Source of the DNA: a virus
Length of the DNA stretch: 64,000 nt
Virus record (IMG/VR): IMGVR_UViG_3300045117_000026
Location: 1-64,000 of that record
Direction: 5' to 3' (one strand)
Each line of letters begins with the position of its first letter. Position 1 is the stretch's first letter. The notes below the pieces were generated by a model. The model was not told the origin of the DNA. It saw nothing but the letters and a program-made list of their open reading frames with translations, and did no database searches. This document shows positions 31,453-41,238 of this stretch, piece after piece. Position numbers and translations under genes: made by a program.

Positions 31453-32483
31453 TATGTCTTAATCTCCTTTCTTCCTTTTTCCAGACCTGCCATGAATGCC
31501 TCGCAATAATCGCAATTATGTTGCTTACAGTTAAGACACTTACCAGGTCCGTCAGCTAGACCCTTATTGTATGCTCTGCAGTCCTCACAATCTCTGTGTA
31601 CGCATTCATTACAATTACCAAAGTCAACTTCATCCGCGTCAACCTTACCGCAGTTCTCGCACGCATTTGCGACGGCTCTACAACCATCACACTTGTCGCA
31701 GTCATCGCAGTCCCCACGGTAGCAGTCATCGCACATTTCTCTGTGCGCCTTGCATTCGTCACGTTTACAGCGGTCACAATCATCGAAGCTGTCTTTCTTG
31801 GTACATGTCTTGCACAGTTCTGGGCTGGCAACCTCTTGAGTAACAATCCTGGGTTGTCCTACATCACCGATATCCATTGATAGTTGAAGCAATGGAAACT
31901 TCATGAGCTTGGCTACACCCATTGCGGCGGCCGCTATAGCTGGGACGACCCAGCTTGGGATAAAGTTGTAGGCCGCTATCTTACCGTTCTCGTCTACTAC
32001 GGCAGGAACTTTCTCCTGAACCCATCCGGGTAACTTGTCTGCTACCATGAAGTGAGTACCATCATACCCAAGCTTTGTGTATGTCACTCCATAGTCAACT
32101 GACCATTTGTAGTTAATCCCCTGGGAAATCAGAGTGTCGGTACAATCTATCAGATTGTCGGGTAAGACATAGTCATTGTGGAAATCCTCGAGCGGGAACT
32201 TTACGATATACGCATTACACGTAATATCCGGTCGCAGGGCTATGATAAGCTCCCTTGTCGCTTCAGCTTTATACTGGTCAAGCTGATGGATTGTGAACGG
32301 CAGTCGGTTCAGGTTAGAAGCTTCAATCCGGTCAGGGTCGTACAGTTCAATGTGCGGTACCCCTGACATCGCAAGGAGCAAAGCTACCCAAGCACCGACA
32401 CCACCGCACCCAACTACTGCCACCTTTTGTGGCATCAAGAGGTGCAACTCCTGTTGCCTGTTATAAATTATGTCGGCTTCCAT
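31452..32483 (-). CDS. E1/ThiF-family activating enzyme with poly-CxxC tail
   Basis: Y.RQ, GCGGVG, D.D.IE.SNLNR, K, DCTD; about ten CxxC in C-terminal third. Confidence 0.9.
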   Translation of the reverse strand: MEADIIYNRQQELHLLMPQKVAVVGCGGVGAWVALLLAMSGVPHIELYDPDRIEASNLNRLPFTIHQLDQYKAEATRELIIALRPDITCNAYIVKFPLEDFHNDYVLPDNLIDCTDTLISQGINYKWSVDYGVTYTKLGYDGTHFMVADKLPGWVQEKVPAVVDENGKIAAYNFIPSWVVPAIAAAAMGVAKLMKFPLLQLSMDIGDVGQPRIVTQEVASPELCKTCTKKDSFDDCDRCKRDECKAHREMCDDCYRGDCDDCDKCDGCRAVANACENCGKVDADEVDFGNCNECVHRDCEDCRAYNKGLADGPGKCLNCKQHNCDYCEAFMAGLEKGRKEIKT

Positions 32484-33343
32484 AATCCTGATCCTTTCGC
32501 TTCGTCATTAAAGTCTTCCTTCAATGCATTAATCACATCATTGTACGTCGGGATATTATCCTCTGGATTTTCATGCATACCGGAAAACTCGTTAATGTAA
32601 CCCTGTTGTGCTATTGCTTGTGTTATTAGTTGTGTCGGCTCGGGGTTTAAGGGAACGTTGCGATAAGCAAGAGATCGCACACAGTTATTGTACCCGGAGC
32701 CGTAATAGTTGCGGAACGGGGCGCCGTCCTGCCGGAAGAGACCAATGTTACTGCATACAGGTGATCTGGTGCCTGTGAAACGGAGTTGCAGGAATACGTT
32801 ACGGCTTGAGGCTTCTTGTATTTCCTTTGGTATATCGTAGAACTTCCCGTGACGTTCAAGCTTTGTCGGGCACCAAGTGAACGGGACTGCATATACAAGA
32901 CAGTCTAGATGATAGAACAACCTCTTACCGCTAACGGCGTATTGTATGGTGAACCACTTTGGGAACTTGAACTCGTTTGACGTATTTACTTTTCTGAGGA
33001 ATTCGTTAATGGCAATGACAGCAACCCTTTTGTTAGAACTTGCTTGGTCTGCCATTACACCAACCAAACTCTTTATGATAGGCTCTTTGGTTTTCTTGTT
33101 GGTGACGGAAACGTCGCAGGAGCCAATGTCTGCGTCGTTTAATTTCAGGGTAATGGAGTTGTCTTCCGTCCTTAGAGCGTCAATGATCTGCTTATACTCA
33201 GGTGGCTCTTCAGGCACATGTCCGTTTGATGCCAGCCATACCGACAGCGGGCAACGTTCACTAAAAGAACAAGCGGTGTGCGGTATCAATGACTGCGGAA
33301 CACGTGCACCGTTGACAGACATTACTTCTTGATTTGTCGGCAT
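32468..33343 (-). CDS. unknown protein in Ubl operon; E2-like candidate
   Basis: Between Ubl and E1, overlapping the E1 start; Cys in FRNYYGSGYNNCV; assignment mainly contextual. Confidence 0.4.
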   Translation of the reverse strand: MPTNQEVMSVNGARVPQSLIPHTACSFSERCPLSVWLASNGHVPEEPPEYKQIIDALRTEDNSITLKLNDADIGSCDVSVTNKKTKEPIIKSLVGVMADQASSNKRVAVIAINEFLRKVNTSNEFKFPKWFTIQYAVSGKRLFYHLDCLVYAVPFTWCPTKLERHGKFYDIPKEIQEASSRNVFLQLRFTGTRSPVCSNIGLFRQDGAPFRNYYGSGYNNCVRSLAYRNVPLNPEPTQLITQAIAQQGYINEFSGMHENPEDNIPTYNDVINALKEDFNDEAKGSGLWKPT

Positions 33344-33366
33344 AGTTACCCTCCTTAAGGATTATG

Positions 33367-33395
33367 AAGTCGGGGGTCATTACGACCCCCGACTT
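33367..33395 (-). promoter_or_regulatory. perfect 12 bp hairpin after the Ubl gene
   Basis: AAGTCGGGGGTC-5 nt-GACCCCCGACTT; no U-tract on the coding strand. Confidence 0.6.
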
Positions 33396-33434
33396 GTTTG
33401 TTGTCCGGACAGTCAAACTATATAAGCTACGGGA

Positions 33435-33671
33435 TTAGCACCCGCCAGCGTTATAAGCCTCAATCCGAACGGTCATACCAACCTCGAAGGAAGCTGGTAC
33501 GTTGTTGCCGGTCTCGTCAATCTCTACATCGTTGACGTAGACGCGGGCACTGTTGATACCGTGCTTGATAAGGAGATCATTGATGCCGCTACCGAATTTG
33601 GTCCCTGCAGCGACTTCGACCGCCTTACCATCGACCGTGACACTGAGCGCCTTTGCTTTCTGTTCCCACAT
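33435..33671 (-). CDS. ubiquitin-like (beta-grasp) protein ending AGGC
   Basis: 78 aa; VTVDG, VYVND, G..V.I....GG pattern of ThiS/MoaD/Ub. Confidence 0.8.
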   Translation of the reverse strand: MWEQKAKALSVTVDGKAVEVAAGTKFGSGINDLLIKHGINSARVYVNDVEIDETGNNVPASFEVGMTVRIEAYNAGGC

Positions 33672-33728
33672 CGGAGAACTCCTTTCGTGAGCTATATATT
33701 TTGCGGTCTTTGACCGCGTAGCTCCAAA

Positions 33729-34265
33729 CTACCCGCCCCTCGGGCCGTTATAGAAATCGTTTCCATCAACCTTGACTTCTCCACCCTCTATCACAAGCGT
33801 TGCTTGGAAACCCATCCCGCCCTCGTAAGAGAGCATTTCAAATCGCAATGACGGGAATAACTCACCAGCTTTTATGATAAGCGGAGTAGGCGGGGACCAT
33901 GCGGTCTCAAAGGTATACTCCACTTTACCTTTTGGCTTGGTGGTTGACTTAGAGATCATTTTCACCTCGCAGAACCCCCACTTGGTACCCCAGTTGTCAA
34001 TACACCACTCATAGCCACCGCTGTTAAAGCCGTTCTTTGGACGGTTCTCCAACAGAGATGAGAAGTTAGGGTCCTTAGCTTTATTCTCCCGTACTTCCCT
34101 GTCCCACTTCGTGGCTTCCTCATCCAGTGTCCTGAACTCCTCTGGATAAGGGATAAGCTTGTTGGCATCCATTAAAGAGTTTTTCCCTTTAACTAACTCC
34201 ACAAACTTCTTTAACTCTCCAGAGGGCCCCGTGATTGTAAGATCGTTCTCGCACCAGTTAGGCAT
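33729..34265 (-). CDS. DUF1281/YubB ferredoxin-like family protein
   Basis: MPNWCEN, W...NWGTKW, FETAWSPP. Confidence 0.8.
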   Translation of the reverse strand: MPNWCENDLTITGPSGELKKFVELVKGKNSLMDANKLIPYPEEFRTLDEEATKWDREVRENKAKDPNFSSLLENRPKNGFNSGGYEWCIDNWGTKWGFCEVKMISKSTTKPKGKVEYTFETAWSPPTPLIIKAGELFPSLRFEMLSYEGGMGFQATLVIEGGEVKVDGNDFYNGPRGG

Positions 34266-34285
34266 TACCTTTTCTCCTTTCTGTT

Positions 34286-34960
34286 TTATTCGCGGGATAT
34301 ATCACGTAAATCCAGTTTACCCTTAAGTATCATGACACCACCGTTCTCCACGTTACGATACGTATTAAACTCCTCGAGTGCTTTGAATACAGCATCAACA
34401 TCATCCGTTGGTATAGCAATAATCTCGTTATCCGAATTCAAAGAGGTACCACGCACATATAGTGTCTTGGTCTTCTCATTAAACTGAGGATGGATTATGC
34501 TGGCTATGATTATCCCGTTTGATGCTTCGAAGGGACGGAATTCACGTGCTGTTTGCTGTTCCACTTGGTACAAGTACATCTTATCCCCATCGACATCAAA
34601 CAAGTCCATATGTATATCTGCCGGTCTTAGTTTTAATACTATATCGGTCCCTGATATACCGTTTAACTCATGGATAGCTGCTACCAGCGTATCAAGACTT
34701 ACATCGGACTTAGGAATAGTGACAACATCGTTGTCCCTATCTTTTACAGAACCTTGAACGTACAGAACCTTATGATTCCAATCAGGAAAATCTTCACTGC
34801 TGATAACAATCCCGCAACTAGTTCCATAATCCCTTGCGTGCTCAAACCCACGTTGCTCGACTACTTGGAGTAATATGACATTCCCGATGTCCTTCAGCAA
34901 TACTGATAGATAGGGTCTATCGCCAGATTCAATCGTTGATGGAGTATTAATTTTCTGCAT
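34286..34960 (-). CDS. hypothetical protein with tandem internal duplication
   Basis: Two copies of QV.Q..S.GI.I.S...P....LYV.G.....DN....IP..DV. Confidence 0.65.
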   Translation of the reverse strand: MQKINTPSTIESGDRPYLSVLLKDIGNVILLQVVEQRGFEHARDYGTSCGIVISSEDFPDWNHKVLYVQGSVKDRDNDVVTIPKSDVSLDTLVAAIHELNGISGTDIVLKLRPADIHMDLFDVDGDKMYLYQVEQQTAREFRPFEASNGIIIASIIHPQFNEKTKTLYVRGTSLNSDNEIIAIPTDDVDAVFKALEEFNTYRNVENGGVMILKGKLDLRDISRE

Positions 34961-35020
34961 TTACCTTTTCTCCTTTCTGTTATTACTCAGCTTATTACTA
35001 CTCCTTAGCGCACTTTCATT

Positions 35021-36004
35021 TTACACCTCGTATATCGGACATCTGCGGTAATTGGTTAACAGCCTATTCCGGAAAGCAATAGTGTGTCGATTGTTCCATA
35101 CCTCGTTCATAAAGTTACCAGAATGAACAACATCCACGCCATCGCACACATTCTCGGTGAATGAGCAAGGGAAGCCAATGCCTTTAGCGTTAATGTAGTA
35201 GGAGAACAAGGTTGACTCACACGGCTCAACGCTACTAGCATCCACAGATACGCCGGAGTTGATTACGTTATGAGCACTACAGCTATCAAAGCCGACAGTT
35301 ACCTGCCTGTCCAATGATGCTTGGAGTAATCGCTGATATGACCTTGTATCCTTTACTTTACTGAACCTTGATGTCTGTCCGCGACCCTTTGGCTTAAAGG
35401 CAAGAAAGACAATAGCGTTGACCTCGAGACCCATAGCTTTAGTGTTACTCACCTCGGTAATAAGGCGAACGCAATCATCAAGTGTTTCCTCAGAGAGAAG
35501 TGCATGGATATTATTCTGCGTGATACCACGTTTCCTTAATTCATGGAGAGCGGTAAAGCATACGTCTTTGTCATAGTACGACACCGCCACCGCTCCACAC
35601 AGCTTGGAGAGAATGTCATAGTACCTCGGCGTCATACGGAAGCCGTTGATAGTAATGTTGGGTATAACGCCTTTGCTTCGAGTATACTCAAGGATGGCGG
35701 GGAGGTCGGGGTTGCCATCAATGTCTCCTATGCCGAACGCTATTTGCGTGAGGTTACTTGGAGCTTTATCAATGATACCCTTGAATGTATCAAGGCTCAT
35801 GTTGTAACCATCAGCAGTATTACCCTTATAGCAGAACCTGCATCCTTGATGACAGACGGTGCTCAGTTCAATATCAAGGAGTTCCGGACCAAGTGGCGAC
35901 ACCTGCGGGTCGTCCTGTATGGTGTTACCCCAACGCATAAAGAAGCCGTTGTTTTGATTGAATATGTAGTTGTAACCAGGGTGCTTAACTACTTTGAGCG
36001 ACAC
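35021..36004 (-). CDS. radical SAM protein with Twitch/SPASM-like end
   Basis: CHQGCRFCY, KPKGRG, FDSC, CES...PCSF. Confidence 0.88.
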   Translation of the reverse strand: MSLKVVKHPGYNYIFNQNNGFFMRWGNTIQDDPQVSPLGPELLDIELSTVCHQGCRFCYKGNTADGYNMSLDTFKGIIDKAPSNLTQIAFGIGDIDGNPDLPAILEYTRSKGVIPNITINGFRMTPRYYDILSKLCGAVAVSYYDKDVCFTALHELRKRGITQNNIHALLSEETLDDCVRLITEVSNTKAMGLEVNAIVFLAFKPKGRGQTSRFSKVKDTRSYQRLLQASLDRQVTVGFDSCSAHNVINSGVSVDASSVEPCESTLFSYYINAKGIGFPCSFTENVCDGVDVVHSGNFMNEVWNNRHTIAFRNRLLTNYRRCPIYEV

Positions 36005-36418
36005 GCTAATGACCTTTGCTGTGCTTGTTCTATCGCCTCTTTAAGGCTCCAGTGCGGGGTATACTTAAATGTCTTCTCATTGACCTTTAACTTGCTTGTC
36101 CAGTTTTCCCATTCTTCTTTGGTCACATCCTTATCAATCCATTTGACGTCATACTGGGTTAAGCGGAAAGGCTCATGAACAAGGAATGGTAAGCGGTATG
36201 TAGCCATGAAGATTGCCTGCACAAGGGTCTTGCCTGCGCCATTGTTGAACCAGAAGTTCGCTTCGAATGACCCCCATCGGATATAGTGTCCCTTGCTATC
36301 GGTACCGATGCGCCATCCGTATCCGTCAATGGTGAAATCGTAATGCTCAATACGCTTGTAAGGAAAGATTCCATTGCGCTTGTCGTCCTTTTCGACAGTT
36401 ACCGTGATGACCGGTTCT

Positions 36419-36925
36419 TTAACTATTATGCATTCTGTCTCTATTGTTCTCCTGTTCGTCTGTACAAAAGACATTAAACTCTGTACCGCAGGATGAGCAT
36501 TTGGCACAGGTTATCCTTGCCGGTGATATGCTTACATCCGCCAAGCAATCAGGATTAGGACAAACTACCTTGTGTGGTGGTGGTACCATTCGCCTTAATT
36601 CGGCAGTATCAATGTAGCAGATATTACCGGGAGGTACAGTCTCAGTTTGGAATGCACGCTTGAAAGCTTCGATGGTAAGAACAACTATATCACCAGTTGG
36701 TCTTGCTTCAAGCTTGTTTGGACCATCAACCCCGATAAGCAGAACGCCATTGGTGAGATACTTGTCACCGCATTCCTTGCATACGTTAGGAGACCATGAC
36801 CTCATTGGTGCCTTGTCTTTACATTTGTTACCAAGCAGCATTATCTCCCCATTGTCTCTTTGGCATATGGGACAGATGCCGATGGTCGGGTTTAATCCGT
36901 ATTCTTTATGGAGATTGATGGTCAT
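36419..36925 (-). CDS. multi-Zn-finger hypothetical protein
   Basis: HKEYGLNPT..CPIC, CKEC, CPNPDC, CSSC. Confidence 0.6.
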   Translation of the reverse strand: MTINLHKEYGLNPTIGICPICQRDNGEIMLLGNKCKDKAPMRSWSPNVCKECGDKYLTNGVLLIGVDGPNKLEARPTGDIVVLTIEAFKRAFQTETVPPGNICYIDTAELRRMVPPPHKVVCPNPDCLADVSISPARITCAKCSSCGTEFNVFCTDEQENNRDRMHNS

Positions 36926-37110
36926 TTACTTTACCTTCTTTGCTGTCGGCGCTTTTGCAGTCGGCTTGCTATCCACAGGCTTCAGATCGCTGACTACCTT
37001 GACGCCTTGGATGGACTGTATCCAATCCCGTAGGAAGCTGGCATTCTCTTTGCTGGATGCCTCGATGTTGACCTCAACACTGAAGATCGGCATGGTGTCT
37101 CCTTTCTTTC

Positions 37111-38142
37111 TTAATAGTTCATGTCTATATCAAGTTTATACTTGACCGCTGTTTTAAGCACTGAGATGTAATTCTTGAGAATACTTTGGAATCGGGTTAC
37201 TACGCCATACGTCATAAGACGCGTTGCGTTGTCCTCGAATGAGATGGAGAAGAACAACAGGTGGTCCGATGATTCCAGTATGGTCTCAAGTAACGGGATA
37301 AGAGGCTCGGCATCTTTATACCATAGGTACTTGTTGCGGTAGATAAGAGTTGACATGAAGCGATTAATAATTGGACCACCTGTATTCGGTATCCTATCAG
37401 CCTTTATAGACTCGCTTATGGAGCCTAGCGCCACAACAGCTTCGTTAAAGAACTTCTCACCGGCAAGGTTAACTTCACCATTACCCAATAACATCATTAG
37501 CTTTGGTATGACATCCTTTGGTTTCTCATTATCGGCATGGCGGAGATGTGGGAAGCTGAAGAGACCATCAGTCGCTTTCTCATTAAACTCCGAACTGAAC
37601 ATGTATGACAGGGTCAGATTAAAGCCAGCCTTGAACCCTGCTATTGACGGGTAGTTGGAAAAGCGGACATAGCAATTGCGCTCGTTCTCCATGCAGATTG
37701 GACACTTGCTACATATCTTGATGCGTTGCTCATAGGTTAGTTCACCGTACCAATAACTTTCCCTGTGGTCTTCACCAGCTTCCAATAGGGCCTTATTCAC
37801 ACGTTGTGAGGTAAGACCCTTGAATGGAATATAGGTAGTGGCTCTGTATTCGGCAACCGGTTCAAGCAACCGTCGGGTTGCGGGACTTAGTTCGTCAAAG
37901 AACATGGTATTGGTTTCAGAACGGAAAGCTTCCTTGAATAACTGATCCGCAACATCAACCGAGATTTTTTGAGCTGCCTCACGGGTAAGTATCTTGTTCT
38001 TTTTGCGGTACTTCAACCACGGGTCATTGCCGGTTTCAGGTATCTTAATATAGACCCCGACAACAGAGGTCCTATGCTTACGGCACAATGCGAACTTGGA
38101 AGCCATTAAACTCTTTTCGGTAAAACTGATATCAATACCCAT
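37111..38142 (-). CDS. hypothetical protein
   Basis: 343 aa; AAGGAG SD; CSKCPIC..C cluster. Confidence 0.65.
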   Translation of the reverse strand: MGIDISFTEKSLMASKFALCRKHRTSVVGVYIKIPETGNDPWLKYRKKNKILTREAAQKISVDVADQLFKEAFRSETNTMFFDELSPATRRLLEPVAEYRATTYIPFKGLTSQRVNKALLEAGEDHRESYWYGELTYEQRIKICSKCPICMENERNCYVRFSNYPSIAGFKAGFNLTLSYMFSSEFNEKATDGLFSFPHLRHADNEKPKDVIPKLMMLLGNGEVNLAGEKFFNEAVVALGSISESIKADRIPNTGGPIINRFMSTLIYRNKYLWYKDAEPLIPLLETILESSDHLLFFSISFEDNATRLMTYGVVTRFQSILKNYISVLKTAVKYKLDIDMNY

Positions 38143-38236
38143 TCTACTCCTTTAACCATTAATTAGTGTGACGGCTCTAATGATGATTGCCAACACCATG
38201 AGGGTGATTATAACGGTGGATACTTCAAGCACTTGA

Positions 38237-38617
38237 TTAGGCTTCTTCCACAGGTTCAAAGGTGTTGAGGAAGTTGAACATCTTGGAGACTATCATCCGC
38301 GCTCTCGACTCAGAGTCGGTAAAGACCGTGACATTAAATATACCGAGATGAACTTGGTCTGTATCCAGTATCTCATGCGCCGGATACTTGCAAGGAGTAT
38401 AAGCATCATCAGAGTTCCTATGAGGGGTGAAGCTTAACGGACATGCATCACATGGGTTTCTGCTATCTATGGTATCGCAGATGCATCTCCCCGCAATCTC
38501 GTAAGTGTTTCGCAATGAATTGTAGGAGAGAAGTGCCGGGTCAAAGCGGGTCTTAAGAGTGCTCCATTGTTGATCGGTTAATACAATCTTGATTCCATTA
38601 TAGTAACCTATTTTCAT
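38237..38617 (-). CDS. Cys-containing paralog family, copy 2
   Basis: Aligns by eye with 17252 and 38618. Confidence 0.7.
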   Translation of the reverse strand: MKIGYYNGIKIVLTDQQWSTLKTRFDPALLSYNSLRNTYEIAGRCICDTIDSRNPCDACPLSFTPHRNSDDAYTPCKYPAHEILDTDQVHLGIFNVTVFTDSESRARMIVSKMFNFLNTFEPVEEA

Positions 38618-38992
38618 TTATCTCCTTCGCTTAAAGCTCTTCAGGAATTCGCTCATCCTTGAAACTACCTCTTTGGCTTCTTCCGTAGAGTTGGTGGAGA
38701 GAGTAAGTCGGCTATGGTAGAAACGTACAGAACTTGTCTCCATGATATCCCTTGCGACTTTAACGCAAGGAGCGTAACTCTCGGGGTCGAAGCTAAGAGG
38801 ACATTGCTTGCAATCAGGGTACTCATACAGGGGATAACGGGGTATCGTGTCGCAAATACATTTCTCCTCAACACAGTGACCCTCAATTGCTTCGTGCTTG
38901 ACGATGTTCTTTGGATCGAACCTGCGCCGGAGCCTGTTCCACTGCTCGTCAGAGAGCAGGATTTCTTTACCCTTATACGTGCCAACCCTCAT
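38618..38992 (-). CDS. Cys-containing paralog family, copy 3
   Basis: Aligns by eye with 17252 and 38237. Confidence 0.7.
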   Translation of the reverse strand: MRVGTYKGKEILLSDEQWNRLRRRFDPKNIVKHEAIEGHCVEEKCICDTIPRYPLYEYPDCKQCPLSFDPESYAPCVKVARDIMETSSVRFYHSRLTLSTNSTEEAKEVVSRMSEFLKSFKRRR

Positions 38993-39327
38993 CTTATTAT
39001 CCCCCTATCTTGTAGGACATAATAAGACCGCAACGTGTGCAGATATAGGTGGCAGTGCGCAGGGTATCATTCTTCCTTCTCCCCTTTGCCCGCGCATGGC
39101 AATCCTCGCACAGCACCCATTTTGGTGCATTGAATGCCGGAGGAGTCGGCTTTATGAACTTTAACTTGGATGTTTCCTCAAGACGCTTGCGCATTGAGGA
39201 CGAGAGGTCATCCCATGGTTTCTTGAGCACCTTCTTGACCCACTGGTTAAGCGGGTGCTCGAGAATTTCCGCTGGAGTAACGAGCACCACAGGAGATTCA
39301 CCTGTACCAATAGCCTTTAATTCTTTC

Positions 39328-39564
39328 TCAGGCATCTAATGTACTCCTTATTACCTTACTTAATCTCTTTGCTACATTCAGGAGATTCTTCCTGAAGCAA
39401 TTGGGGTGCGCATAGTTGGTAATCTTGTTCTCAGGATAAAAGGTGTCAATCCTGCTTGCACCACGCTGTATCGGGGTGTTGCAGTACTTGCACTTTGTCC
39501 TGCCGGTAGGAGCAGTGACAAGTTTAAGGTCCAGTCCCGTGCTACTTGAGTAACCGCTTACCAT
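39328..39564 (-). CDS. stand-alone PARP-type zinc finger
   Basis: APTGRTKCKYC...IQRG..RI...H.NCF. Confidence 0.65.
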   Translation of the reverse strand: MVSGYSSSTGLDLKLVTAPTGRTKCKYCNTPIQRGASRIDTFYPENKITNYAHPNCFRKNLLNVAKRLSKVIRSTLDA

Positions 39565-40216
39565 GCTTCCCGCCTTTCCAAGTTGCTTCGTCCTGTATTA
39601 TGCTATCTTCGAGGACATCGACCTCGTCGAGCGAAACCACCGATTCGATGACAACACTCTCAACCATTCCCGGCACATCTCGGTAATATACCCGACGATA
39701 GATTGTTCCTGGGGATGGACCGGCACGAGGCGTAAACTCCTTGAACCGCATCGCTTTAAGATGTACTTCAAGGGAGTCGAGCGAATACTCCGGCTGTTTC
39801 TTTTCCGCATTATCCATTTCATTTGAACTATCTTACTTTTATCTCATAACTGCAATCGAGCATAATCTGTTCAATGCCATCCACGAGGTCCTTGACCCGC
39901 GATAGTCCGGGTTCTTCCTTGACCCAATGGAGACCCTTATCGCCATCCATTGCGATATCAGAAAAGCGGGTCTGAAGGTACTTGATTATTGGAATCTTGA
40001 GGAAGAAGTGAGGGGGTCTCGAAGCCAATTCATCCTTGGTTTTCGCAAGTTCTTTCCTCATGGTATAGTCTGACAAGTCCCTCTCAGCGAGAGCCTCGTT
40101 CGCTACATTGTACCTGTCAACCAGGTTCTGCAAGGAACATACGCTGCCGTCCTTGAGCTTGATCCTGATTTGATTACCATCGACCTTACTGGGTGTCATG
40201 GAGTCGGGGAATAATA

Positions 40217-40633
40217 TCAACATTCTATTTTCCTCCTTGTTTTCCTTTCCCGCAGGACAAAATTACTGCCACGGCGCTCGACGATGTCCCCGAGGTCAAA
40301 AGCCTCTGATACCGTTTTGATGTCGTCTATGCAATCCGAGATTGTTTGAGCAGCATCATCCGGGGTCATGATACTTAACCAGCCACCAGCCTCCAAACTC
40401 TTCCTAATTATTCCCTTAAACGTGTTTACGCTCATGGGAATATTAACCACCCTCATTGTGGTTGTAGCTTTGTGGCTAGTGGCTCCTGACCATGACCGGC
40501 GACATCCGCAAAAACCATCTACCTCTTCATGGTCACAGTCAAGGTGTGGCAGGACAATCTCACCCTCGACCGCATGGCAGAAGTCATTTGTCCTCTGACC
40601 CTGTGTCTGCTTGGTTGCTACTAATAGTTTCAT
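40217..40633 (-). CDS. conserved Cys-containing hypothetical protein
   Basis: LVAT..TQG.R.NDF...C...DG.CGC.R. Confidence 0.6.
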   Translation of the reverse strand: MKLLVATKQTQGQRTNDFCHAVEGEIVLPHLDCDHEEVDGFCGCRRSWSGATSHKATTTMRVVNIPMSVNTFKGIIRKSLEAGGWLSIMTPDDAAQTISDCIDDIKTVSEAFDLGDIVERRGSNFVLRERKTRRKIEC

Positions 40634-40884
40634 CGTTCTCCTTTCCTTAATTCATGCACCGCTCTATGATAAGAGTGGTGGGATCAAGCTGATATATCCT
40701 TGATGTTCTAAGGATATGGATGAAAGCATTCAGCTTAGCGGTCTCGACCTCGAGAATGATAAGTTTGTTACCGCAGGCGCAATAGGCAACTTGGGTCTTC
40801 GGTTCATAGTTGCCACCAGCGGCAAGCACACCATCAATCTCATACCCGCCCATCTTGCACTTTGTACAATAGTATGTCATCCTA

Positions 40885-41208
40885 TTACAGCTTACCCTCG
40901 TTTAACTCATCCTTGGCTATTGCATCCCACTTGTCCGGGGTATTGTTCTCCACTTCAAAAGCCTGAAGCACCTGCTCTCCATCGGAGTCGTCGTAGCAAA
41001 CCACGACCTCTAGGTAGGACCCGAAATCATGAGGGAATATTTTCGTCTTGAAATAGCAACCGACCTCCAGCGCCTTTGGGAATGTCCGCTCGAGTTGCCG
41101 TACGAATACACGGGACTCCCGCTTCGCCTCCTCCATGTAGTTGTCTGTACCGACCTGGACACAATCCTCGCTGCACGGTACAGGGCCAAGCTCCACATAC
41201 TCTATCAT
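40885..41208 (-). CDS. conserved phage hypothetical protein
   Basis: GPVP..E.C.QVG, FPHDFGSY.EV. Confidence 0.6.
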   Translation of the reverse strand: MIEYVELGPVPCSEDCVQVGTDNYMEEAKRESRVFVRQLERTFPKALEVGCYFKTKIFPHDFGSYLEVVVCYDDSDGEQVLQAFEVENNTPDKWDAIAKDELNEGKL

Positions 41209-41238
41209 TGTTTTCTCCTTTCTTTTACTTCCTTTTAA

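Noticed and set aside
30646-33671. Thiamine/molybdopterin biosynthesis or host defence island
   Set aside because: No ThiG, MoaE or cysteine desulfurase nearby; genes are co-oriented and embedded in the phage arm with phage-like SD sites.
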